A stretch of DNA of 64,000 bases from Chrysomallon squamiferum (Eukaryota; Animalia; Mollusca): the NCBI GenBank assembly GCA_012295275.1, contig CM022673.1:24862001-24926000 (forward strand), given 5' to 3'. A program made the position numbers and the translations under genes. Below, in pieces: positions 25,181 through 40,514 of the stretch. Position 1 is the first letter of the stretch; every line of letters begins with the position of its first letter. The notes under the pieces were generated by a model. It was not told the DNA's origin, did not search any database, and worked only from the letters and a program-made list of their open reading frames with translations.

Positions 25181-27020
25181 AAGTGTTTAATAATAAAATA
25201 TAAAACAATAATCATAAAGAAATTTTAAAATTAAAACAATTTGGATTTTGACATTAGGTTAGATTACTTGAACCATAAAATTAACTGGAAATAAAGATAA
25301 GTGAACATGGAAAGTGAACGTATGGGTAAAGAAACATTTATAATTCTTTTTTTTTTTTTTTTTAATGGTCTTAATAATGTCTTTAATTTGTAACATATCT
25401 ATCAAATCTGTATTCATTTCAAACAGTATTCCTTACTTCATTGAGAAAAATGTATGAGTGTGAAATATTATAATACTTCACATTTTTAATAATACAAATT
25501 TTACTTATCGACTTCTACAACTGTTGTAAATCTAAAATGAATGAATGAATGAATCTTTTGTGCATGTAGGAAATAAAGAATATTATTCAGGAAAACTGGA
25601 GCATTAACACAAATACACATGTGGCTTGTAAACCAACACACACATACATTCCTTCTTCCAAACTGTGTTGACACTGAAGTCAAGTGTAATGATCTTAGTA
25701 TTTTACAGTGAAATAAGACTGAGTGTTGATAAAACTGAATTTTATCTCTCTGTTTGCTAGAAGTAAATAGTTTAATCATATTTTTATAGCAGCTTGTTTG
25801 CTCTGAGCTAGTACTTTAGATAAATTGAGTTAGCTGCAGTCTGTAACATGACCATGCATAATCTTGGTATAAGCTTTGTAAGAAAAGTCCATAAAAAAGT
25901 GTTTCATATGGTTTATTAATGACATACATTGTCACTTTAAACTTACTGCAGGGTATTGCACCTTGAAGTTAGGTCTTATTTTATGTGATAAGGTTTACTG
26001 AAGACTCAGTTATGAAATACTGAGAATATCTGATGATGATTTTTCAGTTGTTTGGCAGTGGTTTGTGCTGTCCTGTGTGAGAGAGAGAGTGTGTGTGTAA
26101 ATCGTTTGTTGATGGTGAGAATCACTGAAGATGTTTTGTTTGGTTGTTTTTTCTTTGTTAATAAGAAGAATTACAGGGTTGTAGGTTCAATCCTTCATTC
26201 CTACCTAACACTGGCTGTTCTGTATCTCAGCCAAGTGTCTCACATCTCACAAAGATCCTTGAATACATTTTCTGTATGAAGATAAATAATGAAAGATCCA
26301 TTGTAACAGCGTGATAAGATTACCTCATAGATTTTCTTTATATTAATACAAAAACAGTGTTCATGAAAAAAAACACCCCAAAAAACCAATTGTGAGCTGT
26401 TGTGAATTTATTCTTCCATTCAGTATTTTGTCCTGTGATTTACTGTGTATATTTATTTACAAGTGACTGTTTTGAGCAAGATCACTTTAACAAACACACC
26501 TTTCATTTTCTTTCACCTGATTCATCAGAGCTGCCCCCCCCCCACTGCGCCATTCCTCTGCCATATTATGTTAAGGCCAGAGTGACATTCATTCATCACA
26601 TTTCACTCAAACACAAAGACTCTTCTCTTTTCTTATCTGATTGCCTGACATGCTTCAGTGGAACTGTACTTCATTGTCTGAACTAATCAGTGAAAGGCAG
26701 TGCGTTGCCTGCTGCGTTCAGTTTAGAAAGTTATTTCTTTTCTTTCTCCATCTCCTGCAATTCACAATTAGCTCAATTGCTGTTTGAGTTCCTGTTGCAG
26801 ATTTTTATGGTCTATAAACAAGTCTCGAGTCGCTGAGTCTTTTCTTTTCTGAATATTTCTCTTTTTAATGTTCTCACAAGAACTTGGATAATACTGGATC
26901 ACAGTCTGATAGCTGTTGATAGCTTGCTAATGTATTTTTAATGTCAGATATTTTAAATGGATTTTTTTTTTTTTTGGTGTTGTTTCCATCCAACAATCCT
27001 TTTAATTTTCTTTTTCATTT

Positions 27021-27055
<35 letters not shown>

Positions 27056-27149
27056 TTTATTTTTTTTGTTCTTATTTTTGAAAATTATATTAAAATGTTT
27101 ATAAAAAAAATTATATTCATTTACTAGCTATTAAAGATACATTATTCTT

Positions 27150-27400
27150 CATATAAGAATGAGGTGAACTGTTAACACAATTTCATGGTCCATTCTTGTC
27201 AGTTAGCAATCAGGGATCTTTTATTTTCACCTTCTCATACACTGGAGAGCACATATTAGAGCCTTTGATAAATTGATTGTGGGGCATCGGCTGGAATATG
27301 ATACAGCCTGTTTACACATCAATGGCAATTGATTCTGCAACCATTGACGTCTCAGAGCTGCAGAATCTATGAACTGCAGATTATTTTCAGACATCAATAG
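27150..27400 (-). mobile_element. Degenerate SINE copy
   Basis: The reverse complement reads ttccagccgatgccccacaa..tcaaaggctctaatatgtgctctccagtgtatgagaaggtgaaaataaaagatccctgattgctaa, similar to the central domain of the copies at 37.8 and 44.7 kb. Confidence 0.55.
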
Positions 27401-27732
27401 GCTTATAGCTGATTTTAAATATTCATGGATTTCAATAGATCAGGGATGTCAGCCTGTTCTGCCAACAGCCTCTTTCTGAAATTATACCACATCAATGAGC
27501 ATCATTTACTTTATTGTTATTATAATTGTTGTTGTTGCTGTTGCTGTTATTACTTTTATTATTATTATTGGTATTATTATGATGTCAGGATTATTATTAT
27601 TATTATTAATTTATTTTAATGCATTCAGATTTTCATCAGTCCTTTTCAACAGGAAGATTTAAAATTCAAGAAAGATAATCAGCACCAAATATATTTCTTA
27701 GTCATTGTTTTTTATCTATCTGTATCTATATC

Positions 27733-27763
<31 letters not shown>

Positions 27764-30047
27764 ATATATATATATATATATATATATGAAAAATAAAAGT
27801 TTTTTCTTCAATTTCATAATTCTGAGAAACATTTATAATTTTATAAGAAACAGTAATGCTACTTTTTTGTTTTACTTTGTCTTCAGATTAATGAATGAAT
27901 GATAAAGGATGTTACCAGAAAAAAAAATTTGATCATGGATAACTTATTGGTGCTATACTTGATTTTTATTTGATTTTTCTCATTTGAATGTCTTCATGAA
28001 AGACTGAAACAATCCATCTTAATGTGATAAATGTCAAAACTGACGAACTGTATTTTTCAGTTGTCAGATTGGTAGAATAAAAAAAGAAAACAGTTAAGAT
28101 TATTGATTTGTATTCAAGGATTGTGAGATTTAAAGGAAAAATGGTGGTGTGTGTTTCATGTTTTTTTATTTTGTTGGGTTGGAAGAATGAAAGATTTGTT
28201 TGAAGATTTGTGTTTCAGTCATTGTGCAATGAAAGTAATGAAAAGTTGTCTGGTTGCAATATAATTTGGTTATGATTTCTTATCAGACAGTGGAAAATGT
28301 CCAATGATTGAGATGTCTGCTTATATCTGATCATCTGATTTCTTATGGTGATATATATATTTCTGGTGATAAATGATTTTGTAGATGAGTCTTGAGAAAA
28401 AAAGATATATTATATCAAATACTACATCATACATGTCATGGTATCATTATTTATTTATTTATTTTTTTGTTTTGTTATTTTTTCATTAATGAATCTAACA
28501 TTTCTACATTTAATGCAGATATTTAACAAATCTACATCATTACGAAATTAATAACCACTCCAGTTTATCCATTATTGTAAGCATCAGTTAATTTTTTTGT
28601 GTTAAATCAGTAGGCATGTTTCTGTGTATAAAATGATTACAAGAAAAACTTGTCTGATAAGTATTAGCTACAGTCTGTAGAAACTGCTACAGTGAGATGA
28701 TTTATCAATGACACCAGACTTCTAATTAAACTGCGAGCTGTTCCTTTGTTTACTTCAATTATTCGTCACCTTGTTACAGGTGACAGAATGTGGCCCTGTG
28801 GTAGTGCAGGAGAACCGGACAGTTGTTTCAGAGTTTTCTTTATGCTCCAAACATCTGCTGCAGATAACCTCTATCATTCAGCTAACCTCTCTCATTCAGC
28901 TAACCTCAGTCATTTATCTCTGGACCCTGTAATCTGTACCACTCACACTCTGCACTGATCACAGTTGTGTCAACACTGAGTACAGGCTGCTGTTTTTACA
29001 CTTCATTATCACTTGCCTACCTGAGATTCCTACCTGAAATCACCGAATAGCCAGGTAAATGATTAACGTTATGCAGCATATTTGTAGGATTTTTCTTGTA
29101 TTTGTCATCTGTAATGATGTTTCAACTTTATGTTGAACCTTTTGGATTTTTTAAAAATTTCTTTTTGTTCCTGTGTTTGTGATCTGTAATAGCCTCTGAA
29201 TCTGGTTTTGTTTGTACCAGCAAAATTCAGTAACCTAACAAATGAGGGTGTAACGTCAAAGACAACATGGTGACAGAAACATAGATCAGTTTGTAGAATT
29301 ATTATCATATACATAGTTTGTTTATTCTGTTTTAGTTTTAGTAATATATTTGTTCAGGTTTTATTTAATAACATGACATAATTGAGTAGTGAAGATTTTT
29401 ATTTAGGTCTGCCTGTTACTAACAAGTTCAGCCATTGCTTACTGAAACAGATGTTCATGTATATATATAATATTATACATACATATACATATATAGAGAA
29501 AAGAGATAAACACACACACACACACACACACACACATTAAATACTGAAGCTACTGGGTAGAATATTTTTGAATAGGAGATATTTTTATCTGCTAATATTT
29601 AGATCAATAAGATTAGTAGCATTAGGGTTATCTGCTATCAGTGGTATAAGAATGCAGTACACTGGGTCATGTAATACTTGCTGTAACTGACACATTGTTA
29701 AACATTGATCTAACTGGGAGCTGATCAATAAGTGAAACAATATATAACACATTGACTCCTCTTCAGGCTGTATCTAAATTAAGAAAAATTATCACATACT
29801 TGACTCGTCAAAACACTGTCAATATCATTTGTTGATATACTCACAGGCAAAAGAAACGGTGCAGTTTTTATACTGGGTGAAACAGAAACATTAGAATACC
29901 ATTGTTAATTTTTTTTATAATGAAATGAAAAGCTTTCATTTTCGTTTTTTTTTTGCTTATTTTAATATGTAAAGATGGTTTTTCTGTTTTTATTTATTTT
30001 TTATTTTTTATTATATTTTTTATTTTATATATTGGTTATTTCAATGA

Positions 30048-30092
<45 letters not shown>

Positions 30093-30107
30093 TGGTTATT
30101 TCAATTA

Positions 30108-30150
<43 letters not shown>

Positions 30151-30865
30151 TTTTTTTTTTTAATTATTATTTTATATTTTTTTGGTATTATCAGTATTTT
30201 TCTTTAGCAACTGCAAATCATGATTAAGTGCATTTTTCTTGTGTTCACAAGTATATATAATCACTATTCCACTCCAGGCTAACTAAACCACATTCAATAA
30301 CTAGTTTTTAATAACATCTGTAATTTAACGAAAACAGCATTTACCGCACTTGTATTGTCATATAACTTTTGAGCATTATCTCTCATATCAAATGTATCAT
30401 TGTTATCAACAACTCTGTTATTTAATATCAACTCTTTGTGCATCCACAGACTTGAAATGTAACAGTATATCCCTGCACACAGTGTCTGTCTGTGTGTGAG
30501 AGATGGGATATAAATATATTTTATGTTGATGTTTTTAGATATCACATAGTTAATGTGTTTTATGTTAGGTAGTGAGATAACAATTCGTGTGCAAGATAAG
30601 TATTATATTGCCCTATGAGACGACCTTTTTTCTTTATATATCTTTATTGTTTGCTATTAATTTCATCTGATACTATTGTTGTTGTTATTACTATTATTAC
30701 TATTATTATTACTATTATTTATTATTATTATTAATTTCTTTTTATTAGTTGTGGTATGATGAATGTTTATAGTACTACTACTAATAATAATAGTAAAAAT
30801 AATAATAATAGATATAATAATAGTAGTAATAATACTACTACTACTAATAATAACAGTAGTAGTAC

Positions 30866-30911
<46 letters not shown>

Positions 30912-31263
30912 TTCTTTTTATTATTATTTGTGGTATATGATAAACTTTAAGATTAACTTGTTAATTAATAATAACTACACATGTAACACTTATATAAATA
31001 CATACACATGCATACATTGACTTTCTCGGTCCTAATCCAGGGGCAAGTGTTCCCTTTAAAGACCATGATGAGGGCAGGAATCTCCTGGGAACTGATGTGA
31101 AGATGCACGTCTTTGTCATGTCAAAATCATGTACACTTTTTAATTAAATAGCTTGAAATAAAATGTAATAAATGAACATAAGTAATTTAGTAAGAATGGT
31201 GTGTCAATCATGTACACTAATTATCACATCAGTATACATAATTTGATGATATTTTAATATTTG

Positions 31264-31311
<48 letters not shown>

Positions 31312-33719
31312 CATACATACACACACATATACACACACACACACACAATCATGCACACTGAAGAAATACCAGTTTACTTGCCATCTGAAAAATTGTGTCA
31401 TTTTAAAAGCTTCAACCACTAAAGAGACAGTATTCTTACTGTGTGACTATAAAACTTATTTCATACTGAATCTGAACCGGCAACTCAAAATTCAGTTATG
31501 ACACCATTTCACTTGGTTGACAGAACAAACATGTGGCATGTTGTCAGTTCTCAGTATAGATTTAATAAACCAAGCCAGGTTATACAGCCCACCACATGTT
31601 TCACTCACACATCCCAGGTAGTCTGTGAGCAGTATGTTGACATGTTTATAATTAATGTGTGTGTATAAGGTACGTCAATACTTGTTTGTTTTATTTGGTT
31701 AGAATGTCTAAATGGCAAAGGTAAAAGTTTTTTTTTTTCCATTTTTGGTTCACTGAATGATCGTTGATTAGTAAGTATGTGTTTAAGTATTATGACAGTA
31801 AAATTAAATAAATAATACAGGTTGATGGTCTGATACATATTCTGGCAAGATGGTAAATTGTGTTTGTTGTTAGTCCAGCAATATTTTTCTATTTCTACAC
31901 TCCTGATTATGTAATGAAATTACAAAAACAAATTTGCAAACACACACACAACTAAACACATTCTAGAATAGTTATGAAGACTCATGTTTATATACAAATG
32001 TATAATACATACACTTAAAGGGTCTCATTTTCAGCAGAATTAGTTTAAACTTTTTCCTTATTTTTTTTTTTTTTTTTTTTTTTTGCCTGTTGTTATTGAT
32101 CTAAATACATTAAGCCTGTCACTGGATGTGAGTGGCTACAGGACTACAATTGTGTGAGTTTAGCCAGGTGTGTACAGGTTTGTGTGTACATAACTCACAG
32201 TGGGACAATGCCGCTTGTATGACATGACAGGAAGTGTGCTCCTGTTTAACTTAACAGTTCTCCCTGGATAAAAAGACTTCACATCAAAAGTGGATTAATA
32301 AGTGGATTAATAAGTGAATTAATTTGGCCAAATATTTGTTAAAAAGGTACTGTATTTATTTTTTTTTTTTTTTGTTTGTGTTTGTGGTGGAGAAAGATAA
32401 CTTGTGTGTGCGTGCATGCATTTGCATATACTTGTCTTCACACCTGCTCCAATAAATACACAATATACAAACACAAAATACAACAGCATAACACACTGGA
32501 CACACACAACACACACATTATATACATACACGTAATACAGAAATAATATCTTTTTTAATAATTTTATTATCTCATAAGTTGTTTTTGTAATTTCTTATTT
32601 TATACATTTTAAATACTGAATTTTTTCTTCATTCATTGATTAATGTATTACTACATCCAGATATACTTTTTATTAATATTTATTATCTATGTGTTTATGG
32701 GTGGGTGTGTATATGTTTGTTATAAACATTTTAAGTATATTTCTATACTTCTTATTTGTGTTTTTTTATACATTTCAGTTGTTAAAAAAATAACAGAAAA
32801 AATTTTTTGAAATTATAACTTAAAATAAAAAATAAAAAAAGTATTCATTTTTAAAACAAACAGTTGGTGATGTAAAATCATCCTCTTTTACTGTTTGTTA
32901 AAACTATTCTGTTATTTATTTTATTACATCCAGCAACTTTATTAGATGATTATTTTATCATTACCAGAAAATTAACTAGTGCACTTGACTACACCAGTAA
33001 GTGGTTTCTGGCTTACGATTTTTCATTTTGAACAGTGGTGATATGGACAGCTCTTTCGTTTACCAGCTCTGCTGATACTTTTTCATTTTACTATGGACAA
33101 CTCTGGCTTGACACTCATTACAAACATGATTGAACCTAAAATACATTAATAATAGGACTCTAAAACACACTATATGAAAATAATTTTTTTTTTTTTTTTT
33201 TAAATCTTTGTTTGATGTTGATCAATTGAAATAAATTAGAACTGTCAATAGCTGTGACATAACCACAATGAGTAAAACGTTTTTCTGTTAGCATGTTTTA
33301 TGTTAAACCAAGTTATACATATATATATATCTATTTAACTATTCATTACCAGATCTGTATAACTTAGTTTAACTTAACTATATATATATATATATATATC
33401 CTCTTTGAAATAACCAATAAAAACAATACAGGATAAAATATCAACTTGCGTATTAAACAGTATATAATATTTACATCTCTGTAACTAAGTATAGCATAAC
33501 TACTGGTTATTTACTATAGAAGTACTTAATACATAGGCTAGTATGTTATATTTAATATCTAACATTACTACATGTAAACTGTTAAGCATAACATATCTAT
33601 GTATTATCTGATATTACTCTGTTTATAATTAAGTATATTTGTTTCTAAGTGTTAAATATAATTTAAATATAACAACGGTTTATTAAAAATAATCTACTTG
33701 TACTTGTTGCATGTTATCT

Positions 33720-34070
33720 AACATTACCATATCTGTATAACTTAGTTTAACATATTTATTTTAAGTATTCATTACCATACCTGTATAACTTGGTTTACCA
33801 TATCTGTATAACTTGGTTTAACATATCTATTTTAAGTATTCATTACCATATCTGTATAACTTGGTTTAACATATCTATTTAAATATTCATTACCAGATCT
33901 GTATAACTTGGTTTAACATATCTATTTAAATATTCATTACCAGATCTGTATAACTTAGTTTAACTTAACTATTTAAGTATTCATTACCATATCTGTATAA
34001 CTTGGTTTAACATAACTATTTAAGTATCTGTATAACTTAGTTTAACATAGCTGTTTAAGTATTATCTGAG
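33720..34070. repeat. 47-bp minisatellite (tattcattacca(t/g)atctgtataacttggtttaacatatctatttaa(g/a))
   Basis: Unit starts at 33837, 33884, 33931 and 33978; an outlying copy sits at ~33340. Confidence 0.9.
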
Positions 34071-34565
34071 CATAACAATTACTGGTTATATATTTAACAT
34101 AACACAACTACATATAAAACACAGCATGTTATCTAAACAAAAACTTCCAACTTGTTACATATCATCTAATATCTATCTTATTATAATTAAGTATAACACA
34201 ACTCCTTGTAAGGTATTATCTAAATATACTATATATGATGTAAGTATCACTTGTTGGGGTATTACAATAATCTGAAACAGCAGACAGAATCATCCATGTG
34301 TTTAATAAAGGAAGCTGACAAAAGCAGTGTTGCAATCGCCGTTGTCCAGTAAAATCAATTACTGGCGACCGGTGGTCAATATTTGACCCAAACTTGCATT
34401 CTGCAGTGTTGTGGAGATTCCCAAGGCCGTGTATCTGAGAGTTGTCTGTGGAACTGGGAGTATTGATCTGGGTAATGGCTGAAGAAAGCCGATATCTGTC
34501 ATGCCCTGAACTCGCTGCTGATCAAGCAATGGCGTGATGGCGTCAGGTTTGATGTCGTGTGAAAC

Positions 34566-34599
34566 ATGTGTTCTTTGAAGAGATTCTTTTGGGGACCCT
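34566..34599 (+). CDS. Candidate alternative first micro-CDS MCSLKRFFWGP (phase 1)
   Basis: aacATG, 11 codons + 1 nt, then GTAAGT at 34600; it ends a GC/CpG-richer island (34330-34600). Confidence 0.35.
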
Positions 34600-37211
34600 G
34601 TAAGTGTTCACGTTTTTTTTTGATGTTTTTTTCATGAATTAATTTTGCACAATGATGGTATGTTGTTTTTTTTTTGTGTTGTCTCTCTTCGTCTTCTGTT
34701 CTTTACAGTGTTGTATTCAATGCCATTAGTTCCATATATAGCAGGAGCCAATCATGGTTAATTCGGGTCTGTCACAGCCTGGTCATCACCACAATGGCTG
34801 TGGCTGTGTTATGGAATTTTTGTGTTTGTCGTTGTTACGTGGACTCACTGAGTTTTCATTAGTGGTTACCACATGCAAGATAAAAAACACAACAGAAACA
34901 GTCTTAGCAATTCATTGTTTTGTTTCTTGTTTCATCTCACCTGCAGTTGAAATCGTTGTGAATTAATTATGGTGTGCATAGATGTTGCAGTTTAGGACTG
35001 TCTTTCCGAATCAATAACTTTTTGTTTGTAATTACATCCTGTGTGTGTGTGTGTGTGTTTTTTTTTTCAATCAGTGAGGTTTGTGTCATCTTCCGTAAAG
35101 ATGTTTTACATAAACTGACTGAATGATGATTTGTCAAAATATCAGAATGTATTGAATCTTTTGTACTTCAAAAATTGCAGTGAAATTCTTGGCTATTCCG
35201 TGACTTGTTAATAAATGTCATTATTTTGTTTCATTTGAGATTTCTTTTATCCAATTCCCTGAATATCCTTAGGTGATACATAAACCATTTCAGTGTAAAC
35301 TGTTTACTCTGATTTTTAAAACAAATTGTTAAGAGCTTTTCACTATGTTTCTGAAGGTACTCTAAATTTTACTTAGAAAAAAAAAATGTATTTAGTTTAT
35401 ATCAAACATAATATAATACTTGCATAATGATGATACTGACTGATCTTCTAAAATGGAAAAATATCCAACAGAAATATTTAAGAAAAATTACAATTAGATA
35501 TAAAATGTATTCTAAACTTACTAATAATATTTTATTAAGCTTGATTCCATTACATCTTGTAATTCATCTTGTAATCTACATTAAAGTCACTGTCATTGTA
35601 GCCAATGTCATTTGATTATGCTAATTTTAATAAAGGATTACAAAAAGTAATGCATAAATAGGAAAAAAAATTGGATATTAATTAAGACAATTTTAAATTA
35701 AAAATGAGTTTTTGTTATTAAATAGGAAATTTCAGTTAAATAATGTTATTTCAAATATATTTTCAAAAACAAAACTAGATGTTTTTCTTAGTAGATATTT
35801 AGTTTTGCATTGGTTCATACTGTTTAAATGTCATAATGTCTATAATACTTTATTAATGATTCTTTCATCAGCTAATTTCTTCAGAGCTACTTCTGTAATA
35901 AACACTACTTCCATTCTATCCTTTCTACTTTCCTTCATTTAATCATTCATTTCTTTCAAGAAGACATCACTCAAAAACTGATGCAGACAAATTAAATATT
36001 ATATTTCCTTGATAAAAAAAAAGCGCCCAAATAATATGAATATTTTACATTTTATCACCTCAACAAATCAAAGATTTCTCTTCCCACACATCTCTGCATT
36101 CATCGTTTACTCTAACACACTGCAACATCCAGGAAGAAACGTGGTTGATGCTGTCGTTCCGCTGGGAATTGTCTCCTCATTAAACTTGATGAATGTCTGT
36201 GAATCAATACAAGATGTTTCTGATTATTCAAATACACCTGAGGCTATTCGGACCAAGTGTAATATTAATTGCTGTGTTTGTTCACCAAACTGTGCAATCT
36301 CCTCTTATTTGTATAATTATTTATCTTAATTGGGAAACTACCAGTTCAACACCTGATTTGTCTGCTGATACAAGATTTACTGAAATAAATTGGCTGCATA
36401 GCATTTAACTTCGCCAGTAAATTGCGTAAACACGGGGCTCATTACACAAATTTATTTAATGTCTTGTTTATGTTGTTTGTTTGTTTGTGTTGTTAATCGT
36501 TTGATCTTAGTCAGTCCAGGTGATTATAAATGTCTAGACAGTGAAATAAAAAAAGAAGAAAATTCAGGATGTCATTAAAAAAAAAAAAAAGGAAATTTTT
36601 GGACATGAGGAAAAAAGATATATTTTTATGTTTTAGTTAAAAATATTTAAATAAGAAATTACTTTAACTATCAGAAATAGACAATCTTAGCATATTTCGG
36701 TTTACTTGGAGAAGGACAAACAAAGGGCAATGTATGTGTAATTGTATTGTTAGTGCAAGTGAATATTTAAATCAGAAATTTGTCTTCTACAGAAGTCCGA
36801 CAGTGTAAAATTCATAAGATGTTAAGAAATTCTCATGAGAGCCATTTTGTTGTCTGCAGCATCGTGCTGGAGATGACGTGACGACACCATCGAGGAAGAC
36901 AGCATAAAACTTGTGTGACAGTGATTGGCTACACTGGTTTTTATTTCACACTGACACTGGGGATACATTGTCTTCTGATATATTAACATTTATATCTACT
37001 ACAGCTTAATCCTGCTTCATAATGAACCAGATGAAAGAAATATGTTACGAATCCATTGTACGAAACTGAGGAGTTCACTGTTCACAAATCATTTTAAAGA
37101 ATCTGCTGATAGTTGCAAATCATTGATTCTGTTTGTACATCATTTATTGTTGATTTAAACATAACCTTCCTAAATACTTCTGGTGCTGGCCTTTTTTTTT
37201 TATTTTTATTT

Positions 37212-37355
<144 letters not shown>

Positions 37356-37819
37356 GTTTGTCTCAAGGAACTGACTGATGAATTTTAAGTGTTTGTTGAC
37401 ACCAAACATTTTAAATGTATTTTTCTATTTCTCCAACATTAGATTTTATAAGAAGGACTGAAGCAATGTCATTCAGTTCCTTGTCTGTGCTGTATATCAC
37501 AGCAAACAGAGCAAAAGTAACAAACATGCCTAATGACTCCTCACGTTTTTATATATATTAATATATTTCTTGAATAACGAGGGCAACGGCAACACTTATT
37601 GATCAGGAGCGATGAATCTTTTATATGCAAAGTGGCTCTGATAAAGCAGCCTGTGGCTGGAATAGGAAATGACACTCTGGAGAGTGGAACCATTCAGTGA
37701 AAATTAACATGTGTATGGATAAACAGTCAATTATCACTGCTGGTTGAAACCCAGTTTTCTCAGCCACTCAGTTGTCTGTGTGTAATTGTGTTTAATCCAC
37801 AGTTAACAGGAGCAGTTTG

Positions 37820-38136
37820 AGGTCAGCTGGTTGTGTGAGTGACCTGAGGACTGATTGGTCACAGGATCAATCCTGGATCACTCACTTTTAGCCCGTGTAA
37901 GGATTCAGCTGGTGAGCCATGTGACTGGTTTTATCAAATGATGTTTTCCTGTCTGTGGACAGTCCATTAAAATATCTCTGTTAATTTGCTGCTAATTGAA
38001 AAATGTTGGCCTGGAGGATGGTGACATCAGGTTTCTCTTCTAGTTAATTATGCTGTTGTTAGCCGTAATTGTGTCTGATGCCATATGACTGCAGTGTGTT
38101 GAGTGCATCATTAAATAAAACATTTTTCTTTCTTTT
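37820..38136 (+). mobile_element. Near full-length degenerate tRNA-derived SINE
   Basis: B-box-like caggatcaatcc, central ttttcctgtctgtgg..ttgctgctaattgaaaaa, and a 3' end tgtgttgagtgcatcattaaataaaacatttttctttc. It shares cctgagg..acaggatcaat with the copies at 44.7 and 46.3 kb. Confidence 0.65.
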
Positions 38137-38742
38137 CAACGTTTACAAATCAAGCAAATTTTAACACTTAATACAGTCCTGTTGATTTCAGGAATTCATT
38201 TTTTATAAAGTAAGTTTTGGATCGTCTTTATCATTTCAGTGGGAAACAGTGATTTTACTTTCAAGATTTACCTAGAAATTGTATCGGCCTTCAGAAACTT
38301 CAAATGTGACTTGCTAAATGATAAACTGTCTGAACATTTTAAATTGGATGATAATTAATTTTACTTTTCCTATTGAATTTAGTTAAAACATCTTAAAAGA
38401 AAGGAAAACAAATCCACTAGCACTGCTTAAAACAATGACAAAAACAAGAAACAAAAAACAAAAAAAGAACATTACCCCAACAACATCACAGGAGGGAGGA
38501 ACCCAGATATTTTAATGAAGGTATTATCTCGACTGAAGCTGGCTTCGGCATAAAGATAGCAGCACAAAGAGGAGATGATGTTTGATGTCTACGAAAAGTG
38601 ACAGTCAGGCTTTGGTTTGGCTTTTATCAAAACTTTGTGGGGCACATCTACAAGATTTACCAATCATCACATCCACATGGTTCCCTGCATGCTCATTATT
38701 TCAACTATCAGTGGTGATTAAAAACCTGGCACTGTGGCATGC

Positions 38743-38877
<135 letters not shown>

Positions 38878-39839
38878 CCCTTCTCTGTTTAAATGAGTTC
38901 AGATAACAAACCAATCTGTTACAACAACATACAAATGGTGCAGCTCATGTCACTGTGTTGTTTGCTCTGTTTGCGGCACTGAGAAACCCTTGCTGCAGTA
39001 ATGAAGTGACAAATTGGCCGGGCAGACGAAAGATGATAAAGATATGAGATGGATGGACCGTTAACTGCGGGCTCTGCTTCCCATATTTTATAATGGAATG
39101 TGTCGTAGCCAAGGGCTCTTGTAGGTTCACGCTGACCACAGACTGAAGAAGAGTCAGATAGTGGGAAGCATGTTAGATTAATCTTAACAAGTCGGCCATA
39201 AAATTGAAGACATCATTAGAAGGTTGTGGTGTGATGAACAGCCCAGACAGTTTCTGTTTTGACAACAGAGTATTTTATGTTGTGATTTTGTTTTCACTTT
39301 CCTTATGTAGCATACCAGAAAGTGGTTTATTTCATGTTACCAAACTTTTAGTGTTGATATTTTATCTTTGTGTTAACAGTGGATTCTTAACACTTCTAAT
39401 AAGTCAAATTCTAAGTTTTAATATTTTTTTAGTTATCCATCTATTAATTTTCACATTTGATAGGTTTACACTGTATGGAACTTTGTTGTTTTTTCAATCG
39501 TGAGAAGTACAACAGTTTTTTTAAATGTATGATTTGTGCCAGTCAGGTTTTGGAAAACATTTTCAGAGGAAATTTAGAACTTGCTGAATGGTGCTGTCTA
39601 GTTACTGTAAACTTGGTAATGGAAAACTGCTTAAGAAGAAATTTTGCAGTAATTCCATGACTCGAACAATAATTCAGAAATCATAATTCAGCTTTAAGCT
39701 GTTTACAATGGAACATGTTTTTCTGATAAAAAACGTTGGTTCCGTTTTATTCACTGGTGCCAATGTGGAATTTCCTGCATGTTGAAAGATTGAGTTTTCA
39801 AGGTTGTCGTGTCCTATTGTTTTTCTTCGATTGTTAGAC

Positions 39840-39873
39840 ATGGGGGCTGCTCAGGAAAAGGAACTTGGGAATG
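39840..39873 (+). CDS. Candidate alternative first micro-CDS MGAAQEKELGN (phase 1)
   Basis: gacATGG context, 11 codons + 1 nt, perfect donor G|GTAAGT at 39874. Confidence 0.45.
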
Positions 39874-40514
39874 GTAAGTCAGTTAGCAGCTGAAAATAGT
39901 TCACTCAGTTTGTTGCAGCAAATTTCAGTTGTGTACGCAAACATGCAGAAAATCTGATAAATATAATTATATACATAACAAAAATTTTGTTTTTCATGAA
40001 CAAAAAAAAAAAGAGCAGAATTAAAAAAAAATTGATTGATCACCAGACTTCAGATGGAAACACAGATGGAATAATCTGTATACAGGAACTGCCAAGATTT
40101 TCATTCTAAATATAACTGTAATGATCTTCAAAATGTACATTAATATTTTACATCCTTCGTGTTATTTTATTTAAATATTTATTTATCACCTTTTTTTAAA
40201 ATCCACTTCATGTACACTACCACATAAGGCAGCAAATGTTCTTCTCAAAAAAAAAAAAAAGTTTGTTCATACAAACACCATTATCATTTTGTTTTATTTA
40301 AATCTTTTTTTTTTTAATAAATCTTTGTTTAATTAGATTCGGTGGAATAGTCAGTCCATTAAGAAAGATATTTATGTATAAAATGAATTAACCAGCAGAA
40401 TGCTCAGCACATTAACTTACAGAGTGCTGTTTAATGTAGCCACACATTGAATTCATTCTGTTTTTGACTTGTGTGTGTTTACTGTTTGAACAGCACCTGT
40501 CTACAAATGTCTTA